NCBI GenBank assembly: GCA_965223845.1
Contig: CBDCXR010000004.1
Coordinates: forward strand, 5,344,001 to 5,408,000
DNA: 64,000 nucleotides
Direction: 5' to 3'
Origin: Planctomycetota bacterium
Lineage (GTDB): Bacteria > Planctomycetota > UBA8108 > SXIK01
A program made the translations under genes and the position numbers. The number at the start of each line of letters is the position of its first letter. The first letter of the stretch is position 1. The notes under the pieces are model-generated. The model was given only the letters and a program-made list of their open reading frames with translations. It searched no databases and was not told the origin of the DNA. Positions 1 through 9,630 of this stretch are shown one piece after another.

Positions 1-1
1 G

Positions 2-604
2 CTCCGCCGCGACCGAACGCTCGAGCGTCTCTACCTCGATCCGCTGCGCGCTCGCGTCGCGCGCAACGGAGGGCGCGTCTTCAAGGACACGCCTTCGTTC
101 ACGCTGCTCATCGATCTCAAGTCGGAGGGAGAGACGACCTACCGTGCCCTCTCCCGCGTCCTCGCCGGCTACGCCGACATGCTGACGACGATTCGGGACG
201 GCAAGGTCGAACGGAAGGCGGTGACCGTCGTAATCAGTGGCAACCGTCCCCACGCGGTCGTCGCGGCCGAGCGAGTGCGTTACTCGGGGATCGACGGTCG
301 GCTCCCCGATCTCGACGCGCCGAAGCCCGTCCATCTGATGCCACTCATCAGCGACCGCTGGACGAGCCACTTCAAGTGGCGCGGCGAGGGTGCGATCTCG
401 GCGGAAGAGAGGGCCAAGCTGCGGACACTCGTCCGGCGTGCACATGAGCGCGGCCAACGAATTCGTTTCTGGGCTACGGCCGATGTTCCCGCGATGTGGG
501 AAGAGCTCCTTGCGGCGGGTGTCGATCACATCAACACGGACGATCTCTGTGGACTGCAGCGCTTCCTCTTGAGCAAGAAGCGCAAGGGAGCCGCGACCAG
601 ATGA
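2..604 (+). CDS. PI-PLC/glycerophosphodiester phosphodiesterase-like protein (5' truncated by window)
   Basis: Frame is open from base 2 (..TLERLYLDPL..LLIDLK..VVISGNRP..RIRFWAT..GVDHINTDDL); these motifs are typical of PLC-like/GDPD TIM-barrel proteins. Confidence 0.75.
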   Translation, partial: LRRDRTLERLYLDPLRARVARNGGRVFKDTPSFTLLIDLKSEGETTYRALSRVLAGYADMLTTIRDGKVERKAVTVVISGNRPHAVVAAERVRYSGIDGRLPDLDAPKPVHLMPLISDRWTSHFKWRGEGAISAEERAKLRTLVRRAHERGQRIRFWATADVPAMWEELLAAGVDHINTDDLCGLQRFLLSKKRKGAATR

Positions 605-862
605 ACGAGCCGTCTTCCTCTAGAAACACCGCGCACCGGGTCGCTGATCGTAGGGTCGCTCGCTAGACATCGCCTCGTTCTTCGAGCGAGCCCGCCGGCT
701 CCCTTCGCACTGCTGAACGGTGCCGATCGAGACGCACGCCGAACCTGATCCGCGATGAAGGTGTTCCCCTACTTCATTCGCTGAGACGCCAAAGTTGATG
801 ACGCTCCGTTCACGACCAAATCGATCCACCACGTACGGCGTCGAATTGGTATCTGGTGAGAC

Positions 863-1378
863 ATGCAGACTGAATCTTCCGACCTCGCTTCCTTCGATCC
901 GTATTCGTTCGTCTCGTACGAGCACGAACGCGATCAGAGCAGTGTCATCGCCTTGATCGGCGCTTGCTACGGCGGATACGGACAAAAGCTCGAACTCGAG
1001 ACTCTCGACGACGACCTGCTTCGGATCCCGTCCGTTTATCCTCCCGGGCCGAACACGTTTCGCGTCCTCCGCGCGGGCGAACGGGTCGTCGGCACCGTAG
1101 CGGTGAAGGCGCGAAGTGAGACAGAGGCGGAGCTCAAGCGAGTGTTTCTCGATCCCGATCTCCGCGGTCGCGGAACGGGAAAGCAGCTCGTCCTCTGGGC
1201 CGTGGACTGGGCGCGAACGCGCGGCTATAACGTCCTTCACATTTGGTCGGACGCGCTCTACGACACCGCGCACCGCCTCTACCGCCGCATCGGTGCGGTG
1301 GAAACGGGCGAGCAGCGCCATCTCGGCGGCATCAACAACGTCGACGAGCTCTACTTTCGCCTCGATCTTTCGCGGTAG
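863..1378 (+). CDS. GNAT family N-acetyltransferase
   Basis: ELKRVFLDPDLRGRGTGKQL acetyl-CoA motif A; AHRLYRRIG motif B. Confidence 0.85.
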   Translation: MQTESSDLASFDPYSFVSYEHERDQSSVIALIGACYGGYGQKLELETLDDDLLRIPSVYPPGPNTFRVLRAGERVVGTVAVKARSETEAELKRVFLDPDLRGRGTGKQLVLWAVDWARTRGYNVLHIWSDALYDTAHRLYRRIGAVETGEQRHLGGINNVDELYFRLDLSR

Positions 1379-1431
1379 AGCTCCCGGGCGCGATCACGAA
1401 GCCGCCGGCGCGAAGACGAGAGGTCGAGATC

Positions 1432-2469
1432 ATGGAACTCCACCGGACGTCCATTGGATCACTCCCGAGCGGTGACGAGGTGGAAGAATTCGCGATCGCG
1501 TCGCCCTCCGGCGTCCGCATCCGCGTGATGAGCTTCGGCGCGATCTTGACCTCGGTCGAAACTCCGGACCGGGCCGGAAATCCGGGCGAGATCACGCTCG
1601 GCTTCGACGGCCTCTCCGGCTACCTCGGAGAACACCCCTACTTCGGTGCAACCGTCGGCCGCTACGGGAACCGCATCGCGAGCGGAAAGTTTACGCTCGA
1701 AGGTCGAGAGTACACGCTCGCGAGAAACAACGGTCCGAATCATTTGCACGGCGGGATCCGTGGCTTCGACAAGGTTCTCTGGTCCGCGAATCCATCCGCG
1801 AACGACGGCAACGCTGCCGTCACGTTCTCTTACACGAGCCACGACGGTGAAGAGGGATACCCCGGCGCGCTCGCCACGGAAGTGACGTACCGCCTCACGC
1901 GGTCGGGCGAGCTCTCGTTCGAATACCGTGCGACGACCGATCGACCCACCCACGTCAATCTCACGAACCACGCGTACTGGAACCTCGCCGGAGCGGGATC
2001 GGGCGACGTGCTCTCACACGAGCTCACACTGAACGCTTCACGCTATTTACCGGTCGACGGCTCTCTCATCCCGACGGGCGAGCTCGCGGACGTTCGGGGA
2101 ACGCCGATGGACTTCACCTCGCCGCACTCTATCGGCAGCCGCATCGCCGAAGTCGACGGCGGCTACGACCATTGCTACGTCGTCGACGGGACGAACGGCG
2201 AGCTCCGACTTGCGGCGCACGCGAGTGACCCGTCCTCCGGCCGCACGATGGAAGTGTGGACTACGGAGCCCGGAATTCAGCTTTACACCGGCAATTTCCT
2301 CGACGGGATTCGCGGCCGTTCCGGGGCCACGTACGAAAAGCAGCACGCGTTCTGTCTCGAGACTCAGCACTTTCCCGACTCGCCGAACCAGCAACGGTTT
2401 CCCTCGACGCGGCTGGATCCCGCCTCGACGTTCGAGTCGAGGACCGTGCATCGCTTTGCGGCCGAGTAG
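1432..2469 (+). CDS. galM: Aldose 1-epimerase (galactose mutarotase)
   Basis: YFGATVGRYGNRI, NHLHGG, NLTNHAYWNL, GYDHC, FCLETQHFPDSPN; ATG 1432 follows GAGG. Confidence 0.95.
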   Translation: MELHRTSIGSLPSGDEVEEFAIASPSGVRIRVMSFGAILTSVETPDRAGNPGEITLGFDGLSGYLGEHPYFGATVGRYGNRIASGKFTLEGREYTLARNNGPNHLHGGIRGFDKVLWSANPSANDGNAAVTFSYTSHDGEEGYPGALATEVTYRLTRSGELSFEYRATTDRPTHVNLTNHAYWNLAGAGSGDVLSHELTLNASRYLPVDGSLIPTGELADVRGTPMDFTSPHSIGSRIAEVDGGYDHCYVVDGTNGELRLAAHASDPSSGRTMEVWTTEPGIQLYTGNFLDGIRGRSGATYEKQHAFCLETQHFPDSPNQQRFPSTRLDPASTFESRTVHRFAAE

Positions 2470-2504
2470 ACCTTCGCGCGACGAACGAGGAGCGATCGAC
2501 AGCA

Positions 2505-3794
2505 ATGAAGCACTCTTTTCGGACGCGCCTGATTCCCCGCCGCAGCTTTCTCGCTCGCGCACTCGCGAGCGCCGGGCTCGCGAGCGGCGTTTCGGGCTGC
2601 GCCGGGCTCGGTCGGACAGAGTCGTCCGAACGCGCCGCGACGAAACCGAGCGGCGTCGACACCGATCCCGCCGAACCGATCCGAGGAAGCATTCGCGTCA
2701 CGCGCCTCGAGACGATGCTCGTCGAGCCGCGCTGGCTCTTCCTCCGCATCCACACGGACGAGGGCATCACCGGCCTCGGCGAGCCGATCCTCGAGGGCCG
2801 CGCTCTCACGTGCGCAAAGGCCGTCGAGGAGATCGCGCCCTATCTCATCGGGAAGGATGCGCGGCGGATCGTCCACCACTGGCAAGCGATCTATCGCCAC
2901 GCGTTCTATCGCGGAGGGCCGATCCTCACGAGCGCGCTGAGCGGAGTCGAGCAGGCCCTCTGGGACATCAAAGGGAAGGCGCTCGGAATTCCCGTCCATG
3001 AATTCTTCGGTGGACCGACTCGCGATCGCGTTCGCCTCTACGCGGCGGTGAGCACGCCCGAAGACCTCCGCAAGAAACGAGCCGAGGGCTTCACCGCGTT
3101 TAAGACGGGCGTCGACGGCGGTCGCGCAGTTCCGATCGTCGCGTCGCCGAAGTTCATCGCGAAAGCGACGGACTCCTTCGCCGCCCTCCGCGATGCCGGC
3201 GGGCTCGAAGTCGACATCGGCATCGACTTTCACGGCGAGGTGAGCCCGCAGACGGCCAAGCTCCTCATCAAGGCGCTCGAACCCTATCAACCGATGTTCA
3301 TCGAAGAGCCGGTTCAGTGCCAGAACGTCGACGTGATGGCCGACATCGCTCGGTCGACACACCTTCCGATCGCGACGGGCGAACGCATCTTCACGAAGTG
3401 GGGATTTCGCGAAATCCTCGAAAAGGGCGCGGCGAGCATCCTCCAGCCCGATCTGTGCCACGCCGGTGGCATCATGGAGGTTCGCCTCATCGCGGGAATG
3501 GCAGAGGCTTACTACGCCGCGGTCGCGCCGCACAATCCACTCGGTCCGATTTCGCTCGCCGCGGGGCTTCAACTCGCCGCGTCGATTCCAAACTTTCTCT
3601 GCCAAGAGCATCGATCCCTCGGTGAGGGCTATCTCAAGGAACCGTTCGTGCTTCGCGACGGATTCGTCGAGACGCCGAGGAAGCCGGGCCTCGGCGTCGA
3701 GCTCGACGACGACGCTCTCGCCGACAAGATCCCGCACGAGTGGCGAAACCTCGAAACCTACGATCCCGACGACGGCTCGGTGATCGATTGGTGA
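2505..3794 (+). CDS. dgoD: Galactonate dehydratase-like enolase-superfamily enzyme with Tat/lipoprotein-like N-terminus
   Basis: PRWLFL, GLGEP, FYRGGP, ALWDIKGK, DFHG, FIEEP, TGER, QPD, APHNPLGP; N-terminus PRRSFL...VSGC; GAGGAG upstream. Confidence 0.85.
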   Translation: MKHSFRTRLIPRRSFLARALASAGLASGVSGCAGLGRTESSERAATKPSGVDTDPAEPIRGSIRVTRLETMLVEPRWLFLRIHTDEGITGLGEPILEGRALTCAKAVEEIAPYLIGKDARRIVHHWQAIYRHAFYRGGPILTSALSGVEQALWDIKGKALGIPVHEFFGGPTRDRVRLYAAVSTPEDLRKKRAEGFTAFKTGVDGGRAVPIVASPKFIAKATDSFAALRDAGGLEVDIGIDFHGEVSPQTAKLLIKALEPYQPMFIEEPVQCQNVDVMADIARSTHLPIATGERIFTKWGFREILEKGAASILQPDLCHAGGIMEVRLIAGMAEAYYAAVAPHNPLGPISLAAGLQLAASIPNFLCQEHRSLGEGYLKEPFVLRDGFVETPRKPGLGVELDDDALADKIPHEWRNLETYDPDDGSVIDW

Positions 3795-3854
3795 CGGCCT
3801 GGCGTCGCCGCGCGGTTTCTCGGTAGTATCGGCTTCCTATCAGAAGAGATGGTT

Positions 3855-3884
3855 CACCACGAAGGGCACGAAGGGCACGAAGGT
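3855..3884. repeat. Tandem 9-mer CACGAAGGG x3
   Basis: caccacgaagggcacgaagggcacgaaggt read directly. Confidence 0.85.
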
Positions 3885-3906
3885 GAAGAGAAGAGAAAGA
3901 GAAAGT

Positions 3907-3946
<40 letters not shown>

Positions 3947-3948
3947 TT

Positions 3949-5862
3949 TTGTGGATGAGTGAGATTCAGAATGTGGCGGGATTTGGCCGGTATGGTTTGT
4001 TTGCCGGTACGTTCGACTTGAGGGTCGCTCGATCGTGTACACGGTTTCGCCCCGCCGTTGTTTGTTGCCTTCTTTTCACTGCCGCGCTCGCCCCGTCGTG
4101 TTCTGCTCCGCCGCCTCTCTCCGGTCCGCTGAAGACTCGCTGGGCTGAGAGCGCGCGCCGGTCGATCCCCCATCCCGAGTATCCGCGGCCGCACTTCGTG
4201 CGCGAGGATTGGGAGAATCTGAACGGACGATGGCAGTTCGAGGTCGCGCGGCCCGGCGAGGCGCCGCCGTTCGGCCGCGATCTCGAGCGCGAAGTGCTCG
4301 TCCCCTTTCCGATCGAGTCCGCTCTCTCCGGCGTCAAAGAACACGCCGAGCGAGTGTGGTATCGGCGGGAGATCGACGTTCCGCGCTCCATGCGCCGCGG
4401 CGGACGCGTGATTCTTCACTTCGGTGCAGTCGACTGGGAGACGACGGTCTACGTCAATCGCCGTCTCGTCGGAACGCACCGCGGCGGCTACGACAGCTTC
4501 TCGTTCGACATCGCGCCGTTCCTGAAGGGCGGGCGGAGGCAGGAGCTCGTTGTCGGCGTCTACGATCCCACCGACTCCGGTGAGCAACCGCGCGGCAAGC
4601 AGGCGCGGGAACCGAAGGGCATCTGGTACACGCCGACGACAGGAATCTGGCAGACGGTCTGGCTCGAGCCGCTCCCGAAGGCGAGTATCGCGACGATCGA
4701 GATCGATCCCGATGTCGATGCCGGTACGGCTCGGATCCGCGTCCGCGGCGACGGAACCGATGCGTCGTACAGCGTCTTTGTCGTCGCTTCGGCCGGCGGC
4801 GAAGACCTTGTGAGCGCGACCGGACCGATCGGCGCGGAGCTCAACCTCCCACTCGAGAACCCGCGTCTCTGGTCGCCGGACGATCCGTTTCTTTACGATT
4901 TGCGCGTTTCGCTCTTCGACGAGCAGCGCCGACCCGCCGATCGCGTCGACACCTACTTCGGCATGCGAAAGATCTCCATCGCGAAGGATGCGAATGGAGT
5001 CTCGCGCGTGCATCTCAACGGTCGGTTCACGTTTCAGATCGGTCCACTCGACCAAGGATTCTGGCCCGCTGGTCTCTACACCGCCCCGGGTGACGAGGCG
5101 ATCCGCACGGACATCGAGACGATGAAGCGGCTCGGGTTCAATATGGTGAGAAAGCACGTCAAGATCGAACCCTCGCGCTGGTACTACTGGTGCGATCGAC
5201 TCGGCCTCCTCGTTTGGCAGGACATGCCGAACGGCGGCCCGCATATCGGCAAGGGAGAAGGCGAGGGCGAGCGGAGCGAGGAATCCGCGCGTCAGTTCGA
5301 GGCCGAGCTCGCCGCGCTCGTTCGCGGTCGTTCCGCTCACCCGTCGATCATCGCGTGGGTGATCTTCAACGAGGGCTGGGGACAGCACGCGACCGAACGA
5401 CTCACCGCGCGCGTGCGCGCGCTCGACCCGTCGCGCCTGGTGACGAGTGCGAGCGGGTGGAACGATCTCGGAACGGGGGACGTCCACGACGTCCACGCGT
5501 ATCCCGGGCCCACCGCGCCCGAACCTAGTTCAAACGGCGGCGCCCGCGCCCTCGTCCTCGGCGAGTACGGCGGCTTCGGCCTGCCGATCGAAGGGCACAC
5601 CTGGCAGCAGAAGGACAACTGGGGCTATCGAAACCTGTCCTCGCGCGAGGAGCTGCTCGCGGAGTACCTGCGACTCCTCGATGAGCTGCGGCCGCTCATC
5701 CAGAGCCCCGGGCTCAGCGCAGCGGTCTACACTCAGCTCACGGACGTCGAGATCGAAGTGAACGGCCTTCTCACCTACGATCGAGAACGGCTGAAAGTCG
5801 ATGCCGATCGACTCGCGGCCGCACACGCCGAGCTGATTCGCGCAGCATCCGCGGCGCCGTAG
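3949..5862 (+). CDS. Glycoside hydrolase family 2, probably exported (start uncertain, possibly TTG 4018)
   Basis: PEYPRP, NLNGRW, LHFGAVDW, GPLDQGFWP, GFNMVRKHVK, WVIFNEGWGQ (acid/base), LGEYGG (nucleophile), YTQLTDVE. Confidence 0.9.
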   Translation: MWMSEIQNVAGFGRYGLFAGTFDLRVARSCTRFRPAVVCCLLFTAALAPSCSAPPPLSGPLKTRWAESARRSIPHPEYPRPHFVREDWENLNGRWQFEVARPGEAPPFGRDLEREVLVPFPIESALSGVKEHAERVWYRREIDVPRSMRRGGRVILHFGAVDWETTVYVNRRLVGTHRGGYDSFSFDIAPFLKGGRRQELVVGVYDPTDSGEQPRGKQAREPKGIWYTPTTGIWQTVWLEPLPKASIATIEIDPDVDAGTARIRVRGDGTDASYSVFVVASAGGEDLVSATGPIGAELNLPLENPRLWSPDDPFLYDLRVSLFDEQRRPADRVDTYFGMRKISIAKDANGVSRVHLNGRFTFQIGPLDQGFWPAGLYTAPGDEAIRTDIETMKRLGFNMVRKHVKIEPSRWYYWCDRLGLLVWQDMPNGGPHIGKGEGEGERSEESARQFEAELAALVRGRSAHPSIIAWVIFNEGWGQHATERLTARVRALDPSRLVTSASGWNDLGTGDVHDVHAYPGPTAPEPSSNGGARALVLGEYGGFGLPIEGHTWQQKDNWGYRNLSSREELLAEYLRLLDELRPLIQSPGLSAAVYTQLTDVEIEVNGLLTYDRERLKVDADRLAAAHAELIRAASAAP

Positions 5863-6028
5863 AGCAGAAACCCTACCGCCCCTAGCCGAAGCTCCGCCGG
5901 GTGTAGGCCTCGAGAGACGCCTGCGATAAAATGTCCAGATTCGTCGCGGCGGCGGTCGACCGCGCAGGCGGCGTCCGTCTTCTTCCGCAAACTCTTTCTC
6001 TCGATCGCGGCACCGGTCCGATCTTCCT

Positions 6029-7720
6029 ATGAGCGACACCACCACCCGACGTCTCAACAAGTTCAGCGCGACGATCACGCAAGCGAAATCGCAGGGCGCC
6101 TCGCAGGCCATGCTCTATGCGACCGGCCTCACCGAAGAGGACATGTCGAAGCCTCAAGTCGGGATCGCGAGCGTCTGGTACGAGGGGAACTCGTGCAATA
6201 TGCACCTCCTCGACCTCGCGGCGGCCGTGAAAGAAGGAGTGAAAGCAGCCGGCCTCGTCGGGCTCCGGTTCAACACGATCGGAGTGAGCGACGGGATCTC
6301 GATGGGCACATCGGGGATGAGCTACTCGCTTCAGTCACGAGACCTGATCGCCGACTCGATCGAGACCGTGATGGAAGCGCAGTGGTACGATGCCTGCATC
6401 ACTCTTCCCGGCTGCGACAAAAACATGCCCGGCTGCCTCATCGCGATGGGTCGAGTGAATCGTCCGTCGCTCATGGTCTACGGCGGCACGATCAAGCCTG
6501 GGCGCCGGGGCGATGACAAGCTCGACATCGTTTCCGCGTTCCAGTGCTACGGCGAGTTCATCGCCGGACACATCGACGAAAGTGAGCGGCGCGCGATTGT
6601 CCGTCAGAGTTGTCCCGGTGCGGGCGCCTGTGGCGGAATGTACACGGCGAACACGATGGCGTCGGCGATCGAGGCCATGGGGATGTCGCTTCCTTACAGC
6701 TCGTCGATTCCCGCGGAGGACGAAGGAAAGCTCGAGGAATGCGTTCGCGCCGGCGAGGCGATCCGCCGCCTACTCGAGCTCGATCTGAAACCGCGCGACA
6801 TCATGACGCGCGAGGCCTTCGAGAACGCCCTCGCCGTCGTCATGGTGCTCGGCGGATCGACGAACGCGGTGCTCCATCTCATCGCGATGGCGCGCGCGGT
6901 GGGAGTCGAGCTCACGATCGACGACTTTCAGTCGGCGAGCGATCGCATCCCGTTTCTCGCGGATCTGAAGCCGAGCGGACGCTACGTTCAGGAAGATCTT
7001 CACCACGTCGGTGGACTCCCCGCCGTGCTCAAGATGCTCCTCGCGGAAGGCTTGGTTCACGGGGACTGCATGACGGTCACGGGAAAGACCCTCGCCGAGA
7101 ACATCGCGGATCTCCCGGGATTCGATGAGGGGCAGGACGTCGTTCGTCCGCTCTCGAATCCCATCAAGCCGACGGGACACATCCAGATCCTCAAGGGCTC
7201 CCTCGCACCGGAAGGTGCCGTCGCGAAGATCACCGGTAAGGAGGGTGAGACATTCAGCGGTCCGGCCCGCGTGTACGACTCCGAAGAGGAGATGCTCGCT
7301 GCTCTCGAGCGGCACGAAATCGAGAAGGGCGACGTCGTCGTGATCCGCTACGAAGGTCCCCAGGGAGGACCCGGCATGCCGGAGATGCTGACCCCCACCT
7401 CCGCGATCATGGGCGCGGGTCTCGGCGCGCATGTCGCGCTCATTACCGACGGACGATTCTCCGGCGGCTCGCACGGATTCATCGTCGGTCACGTGACTCC
7501 CGAAGCCCAGGTAGGCGGCCCGATCGCACTCCTTCGCGACGGAGACGCGATTACGATCGACGCCAAAGAGAATCGTCTCGAAGTCGAACTCGATGCGGCG
7601 GAGCTCGCGCGGCGACGGTCCGAGTGGACTGCCCCGCCTCTCAAGGCGACGCGCGGCACTCTCTACAAGTACATCCGCCGCGTGAAATCCGCCTCGGAAG
7701 GCTGCGTGACGGACGAATGA
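6029..7720 (+). CDS. ilvD: Dihydroxy-acid dehydratase
   Basis: [55 protein letters not shown]. Confidence 0.97.
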   Translation: MSDTTTRRLNKFSATITQAKSQGASQAMLYATGLTEEDMSKPQVGIASVWYEGNSCNMHLLDLAAAVKEGVKAAGLVGLRFNTIGVSDGISMGTSGMSYSLQSRDLIADSIETVMEAQWYDACITLPGCDKNMPGCLIAMGRVNRPSLMVYGGTIKPGRRGDDKLDIVSAFQCYGEFIAGHIDESERRAIVRQSCPGAGACGGMYTANTMASAIEAMGMSLPYSSSIPAEDEGKLEECVRAGEAIRRLLELDLKPRDIMTREAFENALAVVMVLGGSTNAVLHLIAMARAVGVELTIDDFQSASDRIPFLADLKPSGRYVQEDLHHVGGLPAVLKMLLAEGLVHGDCMTVTGKTLAENIADLPGFDEGQDVVRPLSNPIKPTGHIQILKGSLAPEGAVAKITGKEGETFSGPARVYDSEEEMLAALERHEIEKGDVVVIRYEGPQGGPGMPEMLTPTSAIMGAGLGAHVALITDGRFSGGSHGFIVGHVTPEAQVGGPIALLRDGDAITIDAKENRLEVELDAAELARRRSEWTAPPLKATRGTLYKYIRRVKSASEGCVTDE

Positions 7721-7787
7721 AGCGGTGCTTCCCGTTTGTCCGTAAGACGATAGGCGTCGGGAAGAGCCTCGAGTCGGAACGACGAAC

Positions 7788-8747
7788 ATGAAGCGAGCGC
7801 GAGTCCTGATCCCGCGACCGATCGCGCCGATCGGAATCGAGCTGCTATCGCGGGAGTGCGATTGCATCGCGCCGTGGATGACGGGCGAGGTGTGGACGGA
7901 TGAACGAATTCGCGACGAGCTCCGCGACGTCGATGCGATCGTCGTCCGCATCTTCGAGCTCCGTGCGGAAGACATCGACTCCGCGCCGCGGCTCAAGGTG
8001 ATCGCGAAGCACGGCGTCGGTGTGGACAACATCGATTGCTCGGCCGCCGCGCGGCGCGGGATTCCCGTGGTCATCACTCCGGGTGCCAATTCGAACGCGG
8101 TGGCCGAGCACACGCTCGCGCTCATCTTCGCGCTCGCGCGCCAAACGCTCGCGGCCGACGCGATCACGCGCGAAGGTCGATTCGACGAACGAGATTCGTT
8201 CGCGGGCGTCGAGCTCGCCGGAAAGACCGTCGGCGTCGTCGGGTTCGGTCGCATCGGATCGCGTGTCGCCGCGAAAGTGGAGCGCGGACTCGGCATGCGG
8301 GCGGTCGCCTATGATCCGCCTCTCGTCCAGTCGGGTCGGGCGCCGGACCGCGAGTTCGCCCCGACGCTCGACGATGTCGCCGCGAGCGCTGACTTTCTCT
8401 CACTCCACGTTCCCCTCACGCCGGACACCCAGCATCTGGTCGATCGCGAAGTGCTCGAACGTCTCGGCCCGGACGCGTTTCTCATCAACACGTCGCGCGG
8501 AAGCGTCGTCGACGAGCGAGCACTCGTCGGCGCGCTCGAAAGCGGACAGATTCGCGGCGCGGCGCTCGACGTCTTTGAAACCGAGCCGTTGCCAGCCGAC
8601 CACCCACTTTGCGGCGCGCCGCGAACACTTCTTTCGCCGCATGTCGCCGCGGCAACGTCGGAATCACGCGTGGCGATGGCGCGGATGGTAGCGGAGGGGG
8701 TTCTCGCTGCCCTTCGAGGCGAAGCTCCGCCGCACGTAGCGGAGTAA
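7788..8747 (+). CDS. D-isomer-specific 2-hydroxyacid dehydrogenase (SerA-like, no ACT domain)
   Basis: HGVGVDNID, VAEH, GFGRIG Rossmann motif, INTSRG, ALDVFETEP, SPHVA. Confidence 0.9.
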   Translation: MKRARVLIPRPIAPIGIELLSRECDCIAPWMTGEVWTDERIRDELRDVDAIVVRIFELRAEDIDSAPRLKVIAKHGVGVDNIDCSAAARRGIPVVITPGANSNAVAEHTLALIFALARQTLAADAITREGRFDERDSFAGVELAGKTVGVVGFGRIGSRVAAKVERGLGMRAVAYDPPLVQSGRAPDREFAPTLDDVAASADFLSLHVPLTPDTQHLVDREVLERLGPDAFLINTSRGSVVDERALVGALESGQIRGAALDVFETEPLPADHPLCGAPRTLLSPHVAAATSESRVAMARMVAEGVLAALRGEAPPHVAE

Positions 8748-8750
8748 GCG

Positions 8751-9509
8751 ATGACTACGCTCACTTTCCTCGGAACGGGAAACGCGTTCAACGAGGACGG
8801 ATACTTCTCCACCGCAGTGTGGATCGAGACCGAACGCCGGGAGAACGTTCTGGTCGATGCGGGACCGACGACGCTCGCGGCGATGCGCCGCGCCGAAGTC
8901 GACCCCGACGCGGTCGACGCCGTCTTCATCACACATCTCCACGGCGATCACATCGCGGGCTGGCCGTTTCTCGTCTTGGATCTCGCGCTGCGCGCTCGGC
9001 GGGAACGACCGCTCGACGTCTATGGGCCGATCGGAACCCAAGCCGCTCTCGATGCGCTCGCCCACGTCTCGTACGGCGATGCGATCGCACCCCCGCGCGC
9101 CGCGTTCGAGACTCGCTTTCACGAGCTCGACGTCGAGTCCCGCGATGATGATCGCGTGTTCGACTCGCTCGCATTCGCTGTCGTTCCGGTCGAGCATCAC
9201 CCGAGCTCGCTCGGATACTTGCTTTCGACGGGAGGACATCGGATCGGAATCACCGGCGACACGGGCTGGTGCTCAGGGCTCGAGGAGCTCGCGCAGAGGA
9301 GCTCACTCCTCGTCGCCGAGTGCACCACGGTGGACGAAACGGCGGCCGCTCATCTCTCTCTCGCGGAGTTTCGCGCGCGGCGCGGAGCGCTCTCCGTCGA
9401 GCGGATCGTCCTCGTTCACACGAACGGCGCCGTCCGGTCCTCTCTCCGCGGAGAGGCGATCCCTGGGGTGGTGACGGTTACGGACGGCGAGGTGATGGTT
9501 CTCGCGTAG
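8751..9509 (+). CDS. MBL-fold metallo-hydrolase (RNase Z/BN-like)
   Basis: FLGTG, LVDAG, THLHGDH (HxHxDH), TGDT; starts 3 bp after the previous gene. Confidence 0.85.
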   Translation: MTTLTFLGTGNAFNEDGYFSTAVWIETERRENVLVDAGPTTLAAMRRAEVDPDAVDAVFITHLHGDHIAGWPFLVLDLALRARRERPLDVYGPIGTQAALDALAHVSYGDAIAPPRAAFETRFHELDVESRDDDRVFDSLAFAVVPVEHHPSSLGYLLSTGGHRIGITGDTGWCSGLEELAQRSSLLVAECTTVDETAAAHLSLAEFRARRGALSVERIVLVHTNGAVRSSLRGEAIPGVVTVTDGEVMVLA

Positions 9510-9590
9510 TGCGCGGACTCGATGGCGGGTGAGAGAGGGAGACGGGAAGAAGAAAGAAGAGAAGAGGAGTTTGTCGGGAACGGGAACGGG

Positions 9591-9630
9591 AAAAAAGAAG
9601 AGCCGACAGGCACGAGACCTGTCGGCTCTT
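9591..9630 (-). terminator. Intrinsic terminator for a minus-strand transcript
   Basis: Perfect 13-bp stem AAGAGCCGACAGG (9598-9610) / CCTGTCGGCTCTT (9618-9630), followed on the minus strand by CTTTTTT. Confidence 0.75.

Noticed and set aside
6029-7720. IlvD as a sugar-acid dehydratase belonging to the galM/dgoD/GH2 cluster
   Set aside because: Motifs match canonical dihydroxy-acid dehydratase, and a TAAAAT -10-like box lies in its own upstream gap
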